A DNA stretch of 52,487 nucleotides from Alphaproteobacteria bacterium (GTDB lineage: Bacteria > Pseudomonadota > Alphaproteobacteria > Rickettsiales > SXRF01). The notes under the pieces are model-generated. The model was given only the letters and a program-made list of their open reading frames with translations. It was not told the origin of the DNA and made no database searches. The position numbers were made by a program, and so were the translations under genes. The first letter of the stretch is position 1. Every line of letters starts with the position of its first letter. Positions 40,744 to 48,974 of this stretch are shown here, piece by piece. The stretch spans positions 1-52,487 of the forward strand of contig JABDCD010000004.1 in NCBI GenBank assembly GCA_013288305.1, given 5' to 3'.

Positions 40744-42670
40744 GCTTCAGCGTAATTTCTTTTTTCCCATCCGCGGCGGCGGCAAGCGGCAGGTCGAAAC
40801 TCTTGATCAGGCACTGTGCGCCCTGTTTATCCTCGCAATAATAAAGCGTGCCCTGCAGGCGGTAAGCGCCGCTGGCCAGCGCGGGCAATGCGATTTGTTT
40901 CTGCCGGGTCGCCTTGCGATCGAACGAGGTGATGGCTTTCGGTTTGGCGGCCATGTCGAACAACGCTAAATAGCTAGGCGCTTCTTCGTTGATGTGCCAA
41001 CCATTTTGCAGCGCAATGTTGACCGTGATCGCCATATTTGCCGCCACATTAGTAGTATCGGTTTTTTCAAGATTGGGAAGTTGTTCGCTGAATTCAGGCG
41101 CGGCGGCGGCACGCGGCGGTTCGCTGATGGCCAGCGTTGATACGGTTTTGCCATCCAGGTCGGCGACGCGGATGGCGTTGTTGTTGGTGTCGGCGATGTA
41201 AAGTTTGTTCCCGATTTGCAGCACGTCGTTCGGTTCGTTGAACTCGGCCTCGGCGAATGTGCCGTCTTTGTTTCCGCGCGCGCCGTGACCGGCGAAGTTG
41301 GAGAGAACGCCGGTCGCCGGGTCGAAACGGCGGATGGAATGGTTATAGGAATCGGCGACAAAAATATCCGTGCTACCTGCGAAAACGCCGAGCGGGTGCT
41401 GCATAAGGGCGGTGCCCTTAACCCCTTCCTTGTAGCCGAAGTCGAACAGGCCGGTGCCGATCAGCGTTTTGACTTCGCCTTTCTCAAAGACGCGCAGGCT
41501 GCTGGTTTCTGAGTCTACAAAATAAAGCTTGCCTGCTGTTGCCGATAGCCCGCTCGGCTGCGACAGTGAATTCAGCGGATAGCGCCCGTCGTCGATGGAT
41601 TCGTTGCCGTTTCCGGCGACGATGCTGACGGTTTTTCCGTCGATGTCGTAACTCCATAGCTGGTGCGTTCCGGCCATGGCGATGACAATGTGCTTGTCGT
41701 CGGGATAAAAGGCCAGCGCCCACGGCGAGGCCAGCGCGGTGGACAACGCCGTTTTGTTGCGCGCGTTGCGCTCATGCCCTTGTTCGCCGGTGCCGGCCAG
41801 GGTGGTAACCTGCCGCGCGGCGAGGTCGGCGGCGCGAAGTTCGTGGTTATCGGTATCGGCGATGTATAGGATATTGTCTTTGTAGAGAATGCCCTGCGGC
41901 GTGTGGAAACTCGCTTGCGCGAAATCGCCGTCGTCATGGCCGGTTTTGCCGGAGCCGATGCTGTCGATGATGGTGCCGTCCAATGTCATCGCTACGATGC
42001 GCTGATGGCCCGAATCGGAGATGAATAGTTTGCCGTCGCCATAAGTCAGTTTGCCGGGGAAACTCAAGATACTCGGCGGTTGCTTGTCTTGTTCGAGCGC
42101 GATGGGAAGTTTTGATGTATTGATTTGTCCCTCATATTTCTTGCGCACGCCTTCGATGTCGCGTTCCACGGCGGCGCGGTTGCCTTCGCCGGAATAGGTT
42201 TTTTCGATGATGCCTTTGGGGTTGATGAGCACGAAGGTCGGCCAAGCGCGGATGCCGAAGCCCTGCCAGGTTGAAAAATCGAAATCGTTGACGACCGGGT
42301 GATGGATGCCGTAACGCAGGATGGCCTGGCGGATGTTTTCGCTGTCGCGCTCATTGGCGAATTTGGCGGAATGCACGCCGATGACGGTGAGATCGCTGCC
42401 GAATTTTTCTTCGAGATACTGGAGGTCGGGGATAACGTGCATACAGTTGATGCAGCAATAGGTCCAGAAATCGAGCAGGAGGATGCGCCCCTGCAAATCC
42501 TCAGGGGTCAACGGCCGCGACGTATTGAGCCAGCCGGTTTGATGGGTGATGAGACGGTGGAGGTTGGACATAGGGTATAGGGTAGAGGGGTTAGGGGATA
42601 GTGGCTCAGCCGCAGCAATGTTCGATAACGCACATAATATAACGAGACTAACAAAAAATCTCCAGCGCAT
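40736..42670 (-). CDS. Thioredoxin-like (TlpA/ResA-type CxxC) + NHL-repeat beta-propeller protein (NHLRC2-like)
   Basis: LLLDFWTYCCINCMH...IGVHSAKF...WPTFVLINPKG forms the Trx fold. Repeated NHL motifs follow (LYIADTDNHELR, IFVADSYNHSIRRFD, LYIADTNNNAIRV). The start is ambiguous: ATG 42670 gives a signal peptide, with ATG 42571 as the alternative. The extension to 42709 overlaps maiA. Confidence 0.8.
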   Translation of the reverse strand: MRWRFFVSLVILCALSNIAAAEPLSPNPSTLYPMSNLHRLITHQTGWLNTSRPLTPEDLQGRILLLDFWTYCCINCMHVIPDLQYLEEKFGSDLTVIGVHSAKFANERDSENIRQAILRYGIHHPVVNDFDFSTWQGFGIRAWPTFVLINPKGIIEKTYSGEGNRAAVERDIEGVRKKYEGQINTSKLPIALEQDKQPPSILSFPGKLTYGDGKLFISDSGHQRIVAMTLDGTIIDSIGSGKTGHDDGDFAQASFHTPQGILYKDNILYIADTDNHELRAADLAARQVTTLAGTGEQGHERNARNKTALSTALASPWALAFYPDDKHIVIAMAGTHQLWSYDIDGKTVSIVAGNGNESIDDGRYPLNSLSQPSGLSATAGKLYFVDSETSSLRVFEKGEVKTLIGTGLFDFGYKEGVKGTALMQHPLGVFAGSTDIFVADSYNHSIRRFDPATGVLSNFAGHGARGNKDGTFAEAEFNEPNDVLQIGNKLYIADTNNNAIRVADLDGKTVSTLAISEPPRAAAAPEFSEQLPNLEKTDTTNVAANMAITVNIALQNGWHINEEAPSYLALFDMAAKPKAITSFDRKATRQKQIALPALASGAYRLQGTLYYCEDKQGAQCLIKSFDLPLAAAADGKKEITLKLN

Positions 42671-42701
42671 CACTATACCCTGCACCCTAAACCCTATACC
42701 C
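42573..42701. repeat. TAGGG/CCCTA-type palindromic element (copy B)
   Basis: GGGTATAGGGTAGAGGGGTTAGGGGATAGTG (42573..42603) pairs 25/31 with CACTATACCCTGCACCCTAAACCCTATACCC (42671..42701). The spacer is 67 nt. Each arm carries four G3+ (or C3+) tracts. Confidence 0.75.
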
Positions 42702-42705
42702 TTTC

Positions 42706-43344
42706 TCATACCGCATCCGGCTGGTTTCTCGGGTGGGCGGCGACAAAGGCAGTGAGCGCGGCACAGGCGGCGTCGATGCTGAGTAGCGTCGGGTAGGGCG
42801 CGAGATCGATGTTATAGCGCCTGGCGTTATAGACCTGCGGCACCAGGCAGCAATCGGCCAGGCCGGGGGTTGCACCGTGGCAGAAGCTTCCGGTATAGGG
42901 GCTTTTTGCCAGCATCTGTTCCAGCGCGGTAAAGCCCGATGCGATCCAATGCTGCATCCATTCGTTTTTCTGCTCATCGGTGAGGCCGAATTGCCTGGTC
43001 AGGAAGGCCAGTGCGCCCAGCGTATTCAGCGGCGAAATATCGCACGCCACCGCCAGCGCCAGCGCCCGCACGCGCGCACGCTCATGCGGAACCAGCGGCA
43101 GGAGCGGCGTCCCGGGATATTTTTCGTCCAAATATTCGATGATCGCCAGCGATTGCGTCAGCGTATGTTCGCCGTCGATTAACGTCGGCAGCCGCATTTC
43201 CGGATTGATTCTGGCGTAAGCGCCGCCGCGGTGTTCCGCCTTGAGCAGGTTGACCGGTATAGTATCGGCGCTGAGTCCCTTGAGCTTCAGCGCGATGCGC
43301 ACGCGGTAGGAGGTGGAAGAACGCCAGTAGCCGTAGAGTTTCAT
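42706..43344 (-). CDS. maiA: Maleylacetoacetate isomerase (GST zeta class)
   Basis: MKLYGYWRSSTSYRVRIALKLKGL...INPEMRLPTLIDGEHTLTQSLAIIEYLDEKYP is the canonical MaiA N-terminus with the SSTSYRVR motif. Its context is the hmgA/FAH operon. Confidence 0.9.
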   Translation of the reverse strand: MKLYGYWRSSTSYRVRIALKLKGLSADTIPVNLLKAEHRGGAYARINPEMRLPTLIDGEHTLTQSLAIIEYLDEKYPGTPLLPLVPHERARVRALALAVACDISPLNTLGALAFLTRQFGLTDEQKNEWMQHWIASGFTALEQMLAKSPYTGSFCHGATPGLADCCLVPQVYNARRYNIDLAPYPTLLSIDAACAALTAFVAAHPRNQPDAV

Positions 43345-43348
43345 AAGA

Positions 43349-43415
43349 ACGTGGCAATCGTGATGCGTGGTACGTGATAATCGTAGAACAACTTCACGTT
43401 ACCACGTTGCCACGT
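43349..43415. repeat. ACGTGG/CCACGT-rich imperfect palindrome between the FAH-family gene and maiA
   Basis: The outer stem is ACGTGGCAA (43349..43357) with TTGCCACGT (43407..43415). The inner stem is CGTGGTACGTGA (43366..43377) with TCACGTTACCACG (43394..43406). Further CCACGT copies extend into the 3' end of the FAH gene. Confidence 0.65.
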
Positions 43416-43416
43416 T

Positions 43417-44409
43417 TCACGCTACCACGTACTTCACTACCCTCTGCTCAATCGCGCCGAAGATAGACATGCCTTTCGCATCCAGCATGTCGATTTTCAC
43501 CGTGTCGCCGTAACTCATGAACGGCGTCGTCGATTCGCCGGTTTCGAGTTTTTCGATGGTGCGTTTTTCGACGATGCACGACGATCCGGCACTTTTGTCT
43601 TTATTCGATACGGTGCCGGAACCGATGATGGTTCCTGCCGACAAGAACCGCGTGCGCGCGGCGTGGGCGATCAGCGTGGGGAAATTGAAAACCATGTCGA
43701 TGCCGGCGTTGGGACTGCCGAATTTTTTCCCGTTGTACCAGGACATCAGCGGCAAATGCAGCTTGCCGTCTTTCCAGGCATCGCCCAGCGAATCGGGCGT
43801 GACGGCACAGGGCGAAAAGGCCGTGGCCGGTTTGGCCTGCAGGAAGCCGAAGCCTTTGGCGATTTCGCTCATCGCGAGGTAGCGCAGCGACACGTCGTTG
43901 ACCAGCATGACCAGCTTGATGTGACTCGCCGCGTCTTCCGCGCTCACGCCCATCGGCACGTCGGAGGTCAATACCGCGACTTCGCCCTCGAAATCAATGC
44001 CGAATTTCTCGTCCGAAACGGGAATATCGTCGCGCGGCCCAAGCAGCCAGTCCGACTCACCCTGGTACATCAGCGGGTCAGTCCAGAAGCTCTCCGGCAT
44101 ATCGACGCCGCGGCTTTTGCGCACCAGCTCGACATGGTTGACGTAAGCCGAGCCGTCGAGCCACTGGTAGGCGCGGGGCAGGGGGGAGGCCAGCTTTTTC
44201 ATGTCCAGCGCAAAGGCGTCGCGCGCCTGGCCGGCGTTGAGCATGGCATAGACCTCGTCCAGCTCCGGCGCCACTTCGCGCCAATTCTCCAGCGCCTGCT
44301 GCAAGGTCGGGATCGTGCCTTCGACATTGACGGCGTGTTTCAGGTCGTCGCTGACGACGATTAATGTGCCGTCTCGACTTTCAGATGATTTTAGGGAGGC
44401 GAGTTTCAT
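43417..44409 (-). CDS. Fumarylacetoacetate hydrolase (FAH) family protein
   Basis: The likely start is MKLASLKSSESRDGTL. The sequence continues LPRAYQWLDGSAYVNHVELVRK...DFEGEVAVLTSDVP...GSGTVSN. This is the bacterial ~330-aa FAH type, located between hmgA and maiA. Confidence 0.85.
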   Translation of the reverse strand: MKLASLKSSESRDGTLIVVSDDLKHAVNVEGTIPTLQQALENWREVAPELDEVYAMLNAGQARDAFALDMKKLASPLPRAYQWLDGSAYVNHVELVRKSRGVDMPESFWTDPLMYQGESDWLLGPRDDIPVSDEKFGIDFEGEVAVLTSDVPMGVSAEDAASHIKLVMLVNDVSLRYLAMSEIAKGFGFLQAKPATAFSPCAVTPDSLGDAWKDGKLHLPLMSWYNGKKFGSPNAGIDMVFNFPTLIAHAARTRFLSAGTIIGSGTVSNKDKSAGSSCIVEKRTIEKLETGESTTPFMSYGDTVKIDMLDAKGMSIFGAIEQRVVKYVVA

Positions 44410-45533
44410 TTTTTCCCTTTCCAACTATCCACATATCCCTTCCACTCCACCCCGTGCGCTTGCGGGGAAATTTCCACCGCGTCGCGGGCGTCGATCATCA
44501 CCGCGACTTCATCGGTTTCCTTTTTCGCAGCCTTGGCGCCTGCCGCAAACGCCTTGGGATGCGGGCCGTGCGGGAAACCCGCGGGGTGTACGGTCATCAT
44601 GCCGGGATGGATGTTGTCGCGGCTGAAAAACTCGCCCTGATGGTAGAAAATAATTTCGTCGAAATCGTTGTTGGAATGGTAGAACGGGACTTTGAGCGCG
44701 CCGGGGTCGGACTCGATCGGGCGCGGCACGAAGGTGCAGACGACGAAGCAACTCGTCAGGAACGTCGTATGCGCCGAGGGTGGTAGATGATAGCGGTGGC
44801 TCATCAGCGGACGGATGTCGCGCCAGTTGATCCTGACCGGTAGATTGTCGCCGCGCCAGCCGACGGCATCGAGCGGGTTATAGGGGAAGGTCACCGTCGA
44901 AAAACGCTTATGCCGCTTGATGACGACTTTCCATGTTTTTTCGTTCTGCTGCGCTTTGAATTTTCCATTGATGGAGGGCACGTCGAGCATGGCCGGATCA
45001 AAAATCGCCTGCGGGCCAACCAATCCTTTATCGGGCAGCCGGTAGGCGTCGTTGGTGGCTTCGACCAGCAGAAAGATGGCGGCGCCCTTGCATTCGACGC
45101 GCCAGCGCGTGCCGCGCGGCAGGACGATGTAATCGCCCTCGCCAAACGCCATATGCCCGAAATCGCAATGTAAATCGCCCTTGCCCTGGTGCACGAACAG
45201 CAATTCATCGCCGTCGGCATTAGCGACCAGCCGGTCCATATTTCCCGACATGCGCCATAGCCGCACCTGCAAATGCGCATTATGGAGAATGGGCGTTGCT
45301 TGCCACGGCGACTTAACCGATTGTTTTAATTTAATTAAATCGAATGCACGCGGGCGGCAGTCGCCTTCCCACGCATTCCAGCCGGTGGGCGGATGGGCAT
45401 GGTAAAAATGGGTGACGGGGCCGAAAAATCCCTCACGGCCGAATTCGCGCTCATAGGTGCCTTTAGGCAGGTCACAATGCGCCTGGCGCGAGGCTGTGCC
45501 TTCGATGCGGGGGAAATTAATCCAGCTTTTCAT
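44406..45533 (-). CDS. hmgA: Homogentisate 1,2-dioxygenase-like cupin dioxygenase
   Basis: The likely start is MKSWINFPRIEG (ATG at 45533). DELLFVHQGKGDLHCDFG and FYHSNNDFDEIIFYHQG...HPAGFPHGPHP resemble the HGO family. ATGA overlap with the FAH gene, and maiA lies downstream. Confidence 0.8.
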   Translation of the reverse strand: MKSWINFPRIEGTASRQAHCDLPKGTYEREFGREGFFGPVTHFYHAHPPTGWNAWEGDCRPRAFDLIKLKQSVKSPWQATPILHNAHLQVRLWRMSGNMDRLVANADGDELLFVHQGKGDLHCDFGHMAFGEGDYIVLPRGTRWRVECKGAAIFLLVEATNDAYRLPDKGLVGPQAIFDPAMLDVPSINGKFKAQQNEKTWKVVIKRHKRFSTVTFPYNPLDAVGWRGDNLPVRINWRDIRPLMSHRYHLPPSAHTTFLTSCFVVCTFVPRPIESDPGALKVPFYHSNNDFDEIIFYHQGEFFSRDNIHPGMMTVHPAGFPHGPHPKAFAAGAKAAKKETDEVAVMIDARDAVEISPQAHGVEWKGYVDSWKGKK

Positions 45534-45660
45534 AAAAAAGCCATAAAAAATAAAATCATAAAGAAAAACATCATCGCAAATGAATATGAACCATGCTATA
45601 GCAAGCATAGTAAAAAGCAAGAAGGAGGCATAAATCCTGCGAATGGCGTAAGCGATTGCG

Positions 45661-45717
45661 CAGGATCATGCGAATAACCAACATGATCCTGTGCAGCGCC
45701 TGTGGCGCTTACAGGAT
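45661..45717. repeat. Compound palindromic REP-like element (CAGGATCATG...CATGATCCTG overlapping ATCCTGTG...ACAGGAT)
   Basis: CAGGATCATG-cgaataaccaa-CATGATCCTG lies at 45661..45691. ATCCTGTGCAGCGCCTGTGGCGCTTACAGGAT lies at 45686..45717 with a nested AGCGCC/GGCGCT stem. It shares the arm sequence of the elements at 7254 and 7311. Confidence 0.65.
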
Positions 45718-45737
45718 GTGAACACAGGAGGTTTGCT

Positions 45738-46346
45738 ATGTATTACTCTCGCCGTTATCTGAGCTATCTCAGCATCGTTGCGATGCTGGCCGCTGCGCCG
45801 GCCGTCGCACAGGAAAGCAATTCAGCGCCGGCAGCACAGCCGGGGCAGCTTGCCGTGCCGCCCGGCGCTTACCGTGAATGGCCGGGTGCGCCGGCGTTGG
45901 CCAACAGGCCGGAGACTGCCGGTTCCATGGTTGATTCGGAAGGCAGCGGCGCCATTCCGGCGTTGCCGCTGGAAGTGCAGACCCAGGGCGGCATCACCTA
46001 TATCACCGGCGGTATCGGCGATGAGGAAATCGCCCAGCTCAAGGCGTCCGAAAAAGAGTATAACCTGCGGATGCTGATGAGCGCCCCCGGCGGCGCTTTC
46101 GTCAGCGATGTCAGCCTGCACGCGGTCGATGCCACGGGCAAGGAAGTGTTGGCGGTCGATAGCGCCGGCCCGTATTTCTACGCCAGGCTTCCGGCGGGCG
46201 CTTATACCGTTACACTGAACGGCCACGGCGAAAGCAAGAAAATCGCTGTGAAGATAAAAGAAGGCGGCAGCGTGCGCCAGATGGTGCAGTTCAAGGAACA
46301 GGGCGGCGTTACCACGACGCATCAGCCGACGGCGACGGTGGATTAA
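45738..46346 (+). CDS. Hypothetical secreted protein (possible carboxypeptidase-regulatory-like beta-sandwich at the C-terminus)
   Basis: The start MYYSRRYLSYLSIVAMLAAAPAVAQ follows an AGGAGG SD and gives a signal peptide. The C-terminal ARLPAGAYTVTLNGHGESKKIAVKIKEGG resembles CarboxypepD_reg-like folds (tentative). Confidence 0.5.
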   Translation: MYYSRRYLSYLSIVAMLAAAPAVAQESNSAPAAQPGQLAVPPGAYREWPGAPALANRPETAGSMVDSEGSGAIPALPLEVQTQGGITYITGGIGDEEIAQLKASEKEYNLRMLMSAPGGAFVSDVSLHAVDATGKEVLAVDSAGPYFYARLPAGAYTVTLNGHGESKKIAVKIKEGGSVRQMVQFKEQGGVTTTHQPTATVD

Positions 46347-47665
46347 AACTTCACCTTCATCTCCGACAGCTTGCACGGATAGCAAAATTTGATGCTGTCG
46401 ATTTTATCCGCCGTCAGTGGCCACGGGCCGACGGCGGGATCCTTGTCATAGAGCGCCGCTGATTTGCTTAAGAAGACGCCGGAAAAACCGGATGGCATTG
46501 TGAACGCGGTGCCGGAAGGAACGGCGACGGCCACGACTTCGTCTTTGGCCATCGCTTCCATTTCTTCGTATTGGCAGATAGCATAGACCAGTTCGCCCGC
46601 CGGATCGACAAGAAATTCGAGGATGGGTTGCAGCTTATAATTTCCGTCTTCCTTGCGCACTACTACTACGGCGCTGTTTTTGGGGATGGCCTCGATGGTG
46701 GGGCAGGCTTTGGCCATATAGATTTTGTCGTCGTCCTGCAGCGTATCCTCATGTTCCAAATTACCGTAAGTCAGGCGCGGCTGCACTTCATAGCGCGCAA
46801 AGACGCCGGTTTCTTTGTCATAAAGCGGCATGATGGAAGTCAGGCCGAGCGTGTGCAGCAACGACAGGGTGAACGATGCGGCGATCTGCAGCGTTTCCGG
46901 CAATTCATGCCGCCCGGCTTCGATGCCGGTCTGGCTTTCGATGGTGGGCAGCTTGCTTAAAATAGTTTTGAATGTTTGTACCGTTACGGCGGCGGACGCG
47001 TTGGCGGAAATGGCTTCGGCCAGTCCGGTCAGCACGTTGCGGATGGGGGAATCTTTTAAGTCTCGGTCATGCTTGTGATCGGTGATGCAGACCATGTTGC
47101 CGCGCGCCGAATGAATATCGACGATGCCGCTGATATGTTGCCCGATGGCATAAAGCTCCTGCGCGCGCTTGATGTGCGGATCGGCGGCGTTGCGTTTCAG
47201 GAAATCAACGGAAATGCGGTTCATGTCGGGCAGCAATTCGCCGTTTTTATCTAATCCGCAGCGATAGGCATCGCGGCTTTCCTGCCGCGCTTTCGGCGCG
47301 TCCGCCCAGGCCTCGAAATATTGTGCAGCGGCCAATGGATTGCCGATAATACCGATGACGTCGCGCTCAAGCTTACCCGCCGCCGACAGCGCCATGGCCA
47401 GCAGAATGCCTGCCAGCCCGGCCGGTTCGTTGCCGTGCAGTTGCGCCAGGATGGCGAAGGGTTTTTCTTTGCCTTTGCCTTTGATGCGGATGGCGGCGGG
47501 GATGGTTTTGCCGCCGATTTCGATGTGGGCGGCGCGCACGGCATCACAGGTTTTTTTGAGATCGGCGAGGGTCAGCGGCTTTTTAAAAAAACGCGCGTAG
47601 AACTGCGTCGCATTGGCGACGTCGGGAAAATCGTGATTGAATATTTCGGTTAAAAGCGTTCTCAT
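46343..47665 (-). CDS. Succinylglutamate desuccinylase/aspartoacylase (AstE/ASPA) family zinc hydrolase, long form
   Basis: 440 aa. FAILAQLHGNEPAG and VDIHSA are typical of the family. It has a ~120-aa C-terminal extension relative to a typical AstE. Confidence 0.7.
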   Translation of the reverse strand: MRTLLTEIFNHDFPDVANATQFYARFFKKPLTLADLKKTCDAVRAAHIEIGGKTIPAAIRIKGKGKEKPFAILAQLHGNEPAGLAGILLAMALSAAGKLERDVIGIIGNPLAAAQYFEAWADAPKARQESRDAYRCGLDKNGELLPDMNRISVDFLKRNAADPHIKRAQELYAIGQHISGIVDIHSARGNMVCITDHKHDRDLKDSPIRNVLTGLAEAISANASAAVTVQTFKTILSKLPTIESQTGIEAGRHELPETLQIAASFTLSLLHTLGLTSIMPLYDKETGVFARYEVQPRLTYGNLEHEDTLQDDDKIYMAKACPTIEAIPKNSAVVVVRKEDGNYKLQPILEFLVDPAGELVYAICQYEEMEAMAKDEVVAVAVPSGTAFTMPSGFSGVFLSKSAALYDKDPAVGPWPLTADKIDSIKFCYPCKLSEMKVKF

Positions 47666-47687
47666 GCGGGGTATGGTATCCGATCAT

Positions 47688-48974
47688 ATGCAAGAAGTCA
47701 TCTTCATTGGCTTGCCCGGGCCGACGCATCATTACGGCGGCCTTTCGCTCGATAATGTCGCGGCGACGGCCAACCGCGGCAGCCGGTCCAGCCCCAGGCA
47801 GGCGGCGCTGCAGGTGCTGGAATTGGCGAGGCTGCTGGTGTCGCTGGGGCTGGAGGCGGCCATCCTGCCGCCGCAGCTGCGCCCGCAGGTGGGGTTGCTG
47901 CGCCAGCATTTCTCAGGCGATGACGATAAGGTGATCGCTCAGGCGGCGCGGCTGGCGCCGGAATTGCTGGAAAAAGCCTCATCGGCGTCGGCGATGTGGG
48001 TGGCCAATGCCGCGACGGTCGCGCCCGCCGTCGATTGCACCGATGGCAAGCTGCATATTAGCACGGCCAATCTGTTCACCCATCTGCACCGGCGCATCGA
48101 GGCGGGGGATACGTATCATGCGCTGCAGGCGATATTCAAGGGTACGCCGCAGTGCGAGGTGCATCCGCCACTTTTTTCAAATCTGCACGATGAAGGCGCG
48201 GCCAACCATATGCGGCTTTCGCCCAGCCATTCGGACGTGGGGTTGCATATATTCGTCTATGGCGAGGAGGGGCGGCAAACGCTGGCGGCATCCCAGGCCA
48301 TCGCCGCGCAGCATCACCTGCCGGAGCGGCAGACGCTGTTCCTCCGGCAAAATCCCGACATCATCCGCGCCGGGGTTTTTCATAACGATGTGATTGCCGT
48401 CAGCAATGAACAGGTGTTGCTGGCGCATGAAAAAGCCTATGCCGATAAGGAGGATATGGCGCGCCTTGTGGAGGCTTATCGGGCGCTGCATCCTGACGTG
48501 CCATTGACGACGATTATTATTACGGAGGCGGAATTGTCGGTCGAGGAGGCCGTAGGTACGTACCTGTTTAACAGCCAGATCGTAACCAAGCCGGAGGGGG
48601 CGATGGCGATGATTGCGCCCATCGAGGCCGGATCGGGAAAGGCGGCGGCGGTGCTGGAGCGCATTCGCACCGATATGAGCAATCCCATCGATGAGATAGT
48701 GTATATCGATTTGCGCCAGAGTATGCGTAACGGCGGCGGCCCGGCCTGCCTGCGCCTGCGCGTGCCGATGAATGTGGCGCAGCTGTCGGCGGTGAAAAAT
48801 TCGGTGAATGTGTTTGCGGATGACGCCTTGCTGGCGGCGATAACGAAGCTCATCGAGACCTATTACCCGCAGGAATTATCGCCGCAGGATCTGGGCGATC
48901 CGGTGCTGTACCATCAAGGCAAGGCGATGATGGTGGAGTTATCAGAGGTGATGCGGTTGCCTTTATTGCCCTGA
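47688..48974 (+). CDS. astB: N-succinylarginine dihydrolase
   Basis: The start MQEVIFIGLPGPTHHYGGLSLDNVAA aligns with the AstB N-terminus (EVNFDGLVGLTHHYAGLS). The C-terminal MRNGGGPACLRLRV contains the catalytic Cys region. Confidence 0.9.
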   Translation: MQEVIFIGLPGPTHHYGGLSLDNVAATANRGSRSSPRQAALQVLELARLLVSLGLEAAILPPQLRPQVGLLRQHFSGDDDKVIAQAARLAPELLEKASSASAMWVANAATVAPAVDCTDGKLHISTANLFTHLHRRIEAGDTYHALQAIFKGTPQCEVHPPLFSNLHDEGAANHMRLSPSHSDVGLHIFVYGEEGRQTLAASQAIAAQHHLPERQTLFLRQNPDIIRAGVFHNDVIAVSNEQVLLAHEKAYADKEDMARLVEAYRALHPDVPLTTIIITEAELSVEEAVGTYLFNSQIVTKPEGAMAMIAPIEAGSGKAAAVLERIRTDMSNPIDEIVYIDLRQSMRNGGGPACLRLRVPMNVAQLSAVKNSVNVFADDALLAAITKLIETYYPQELSPQDLGDPVLYHQGKAMMVELSEVMRLPLLP

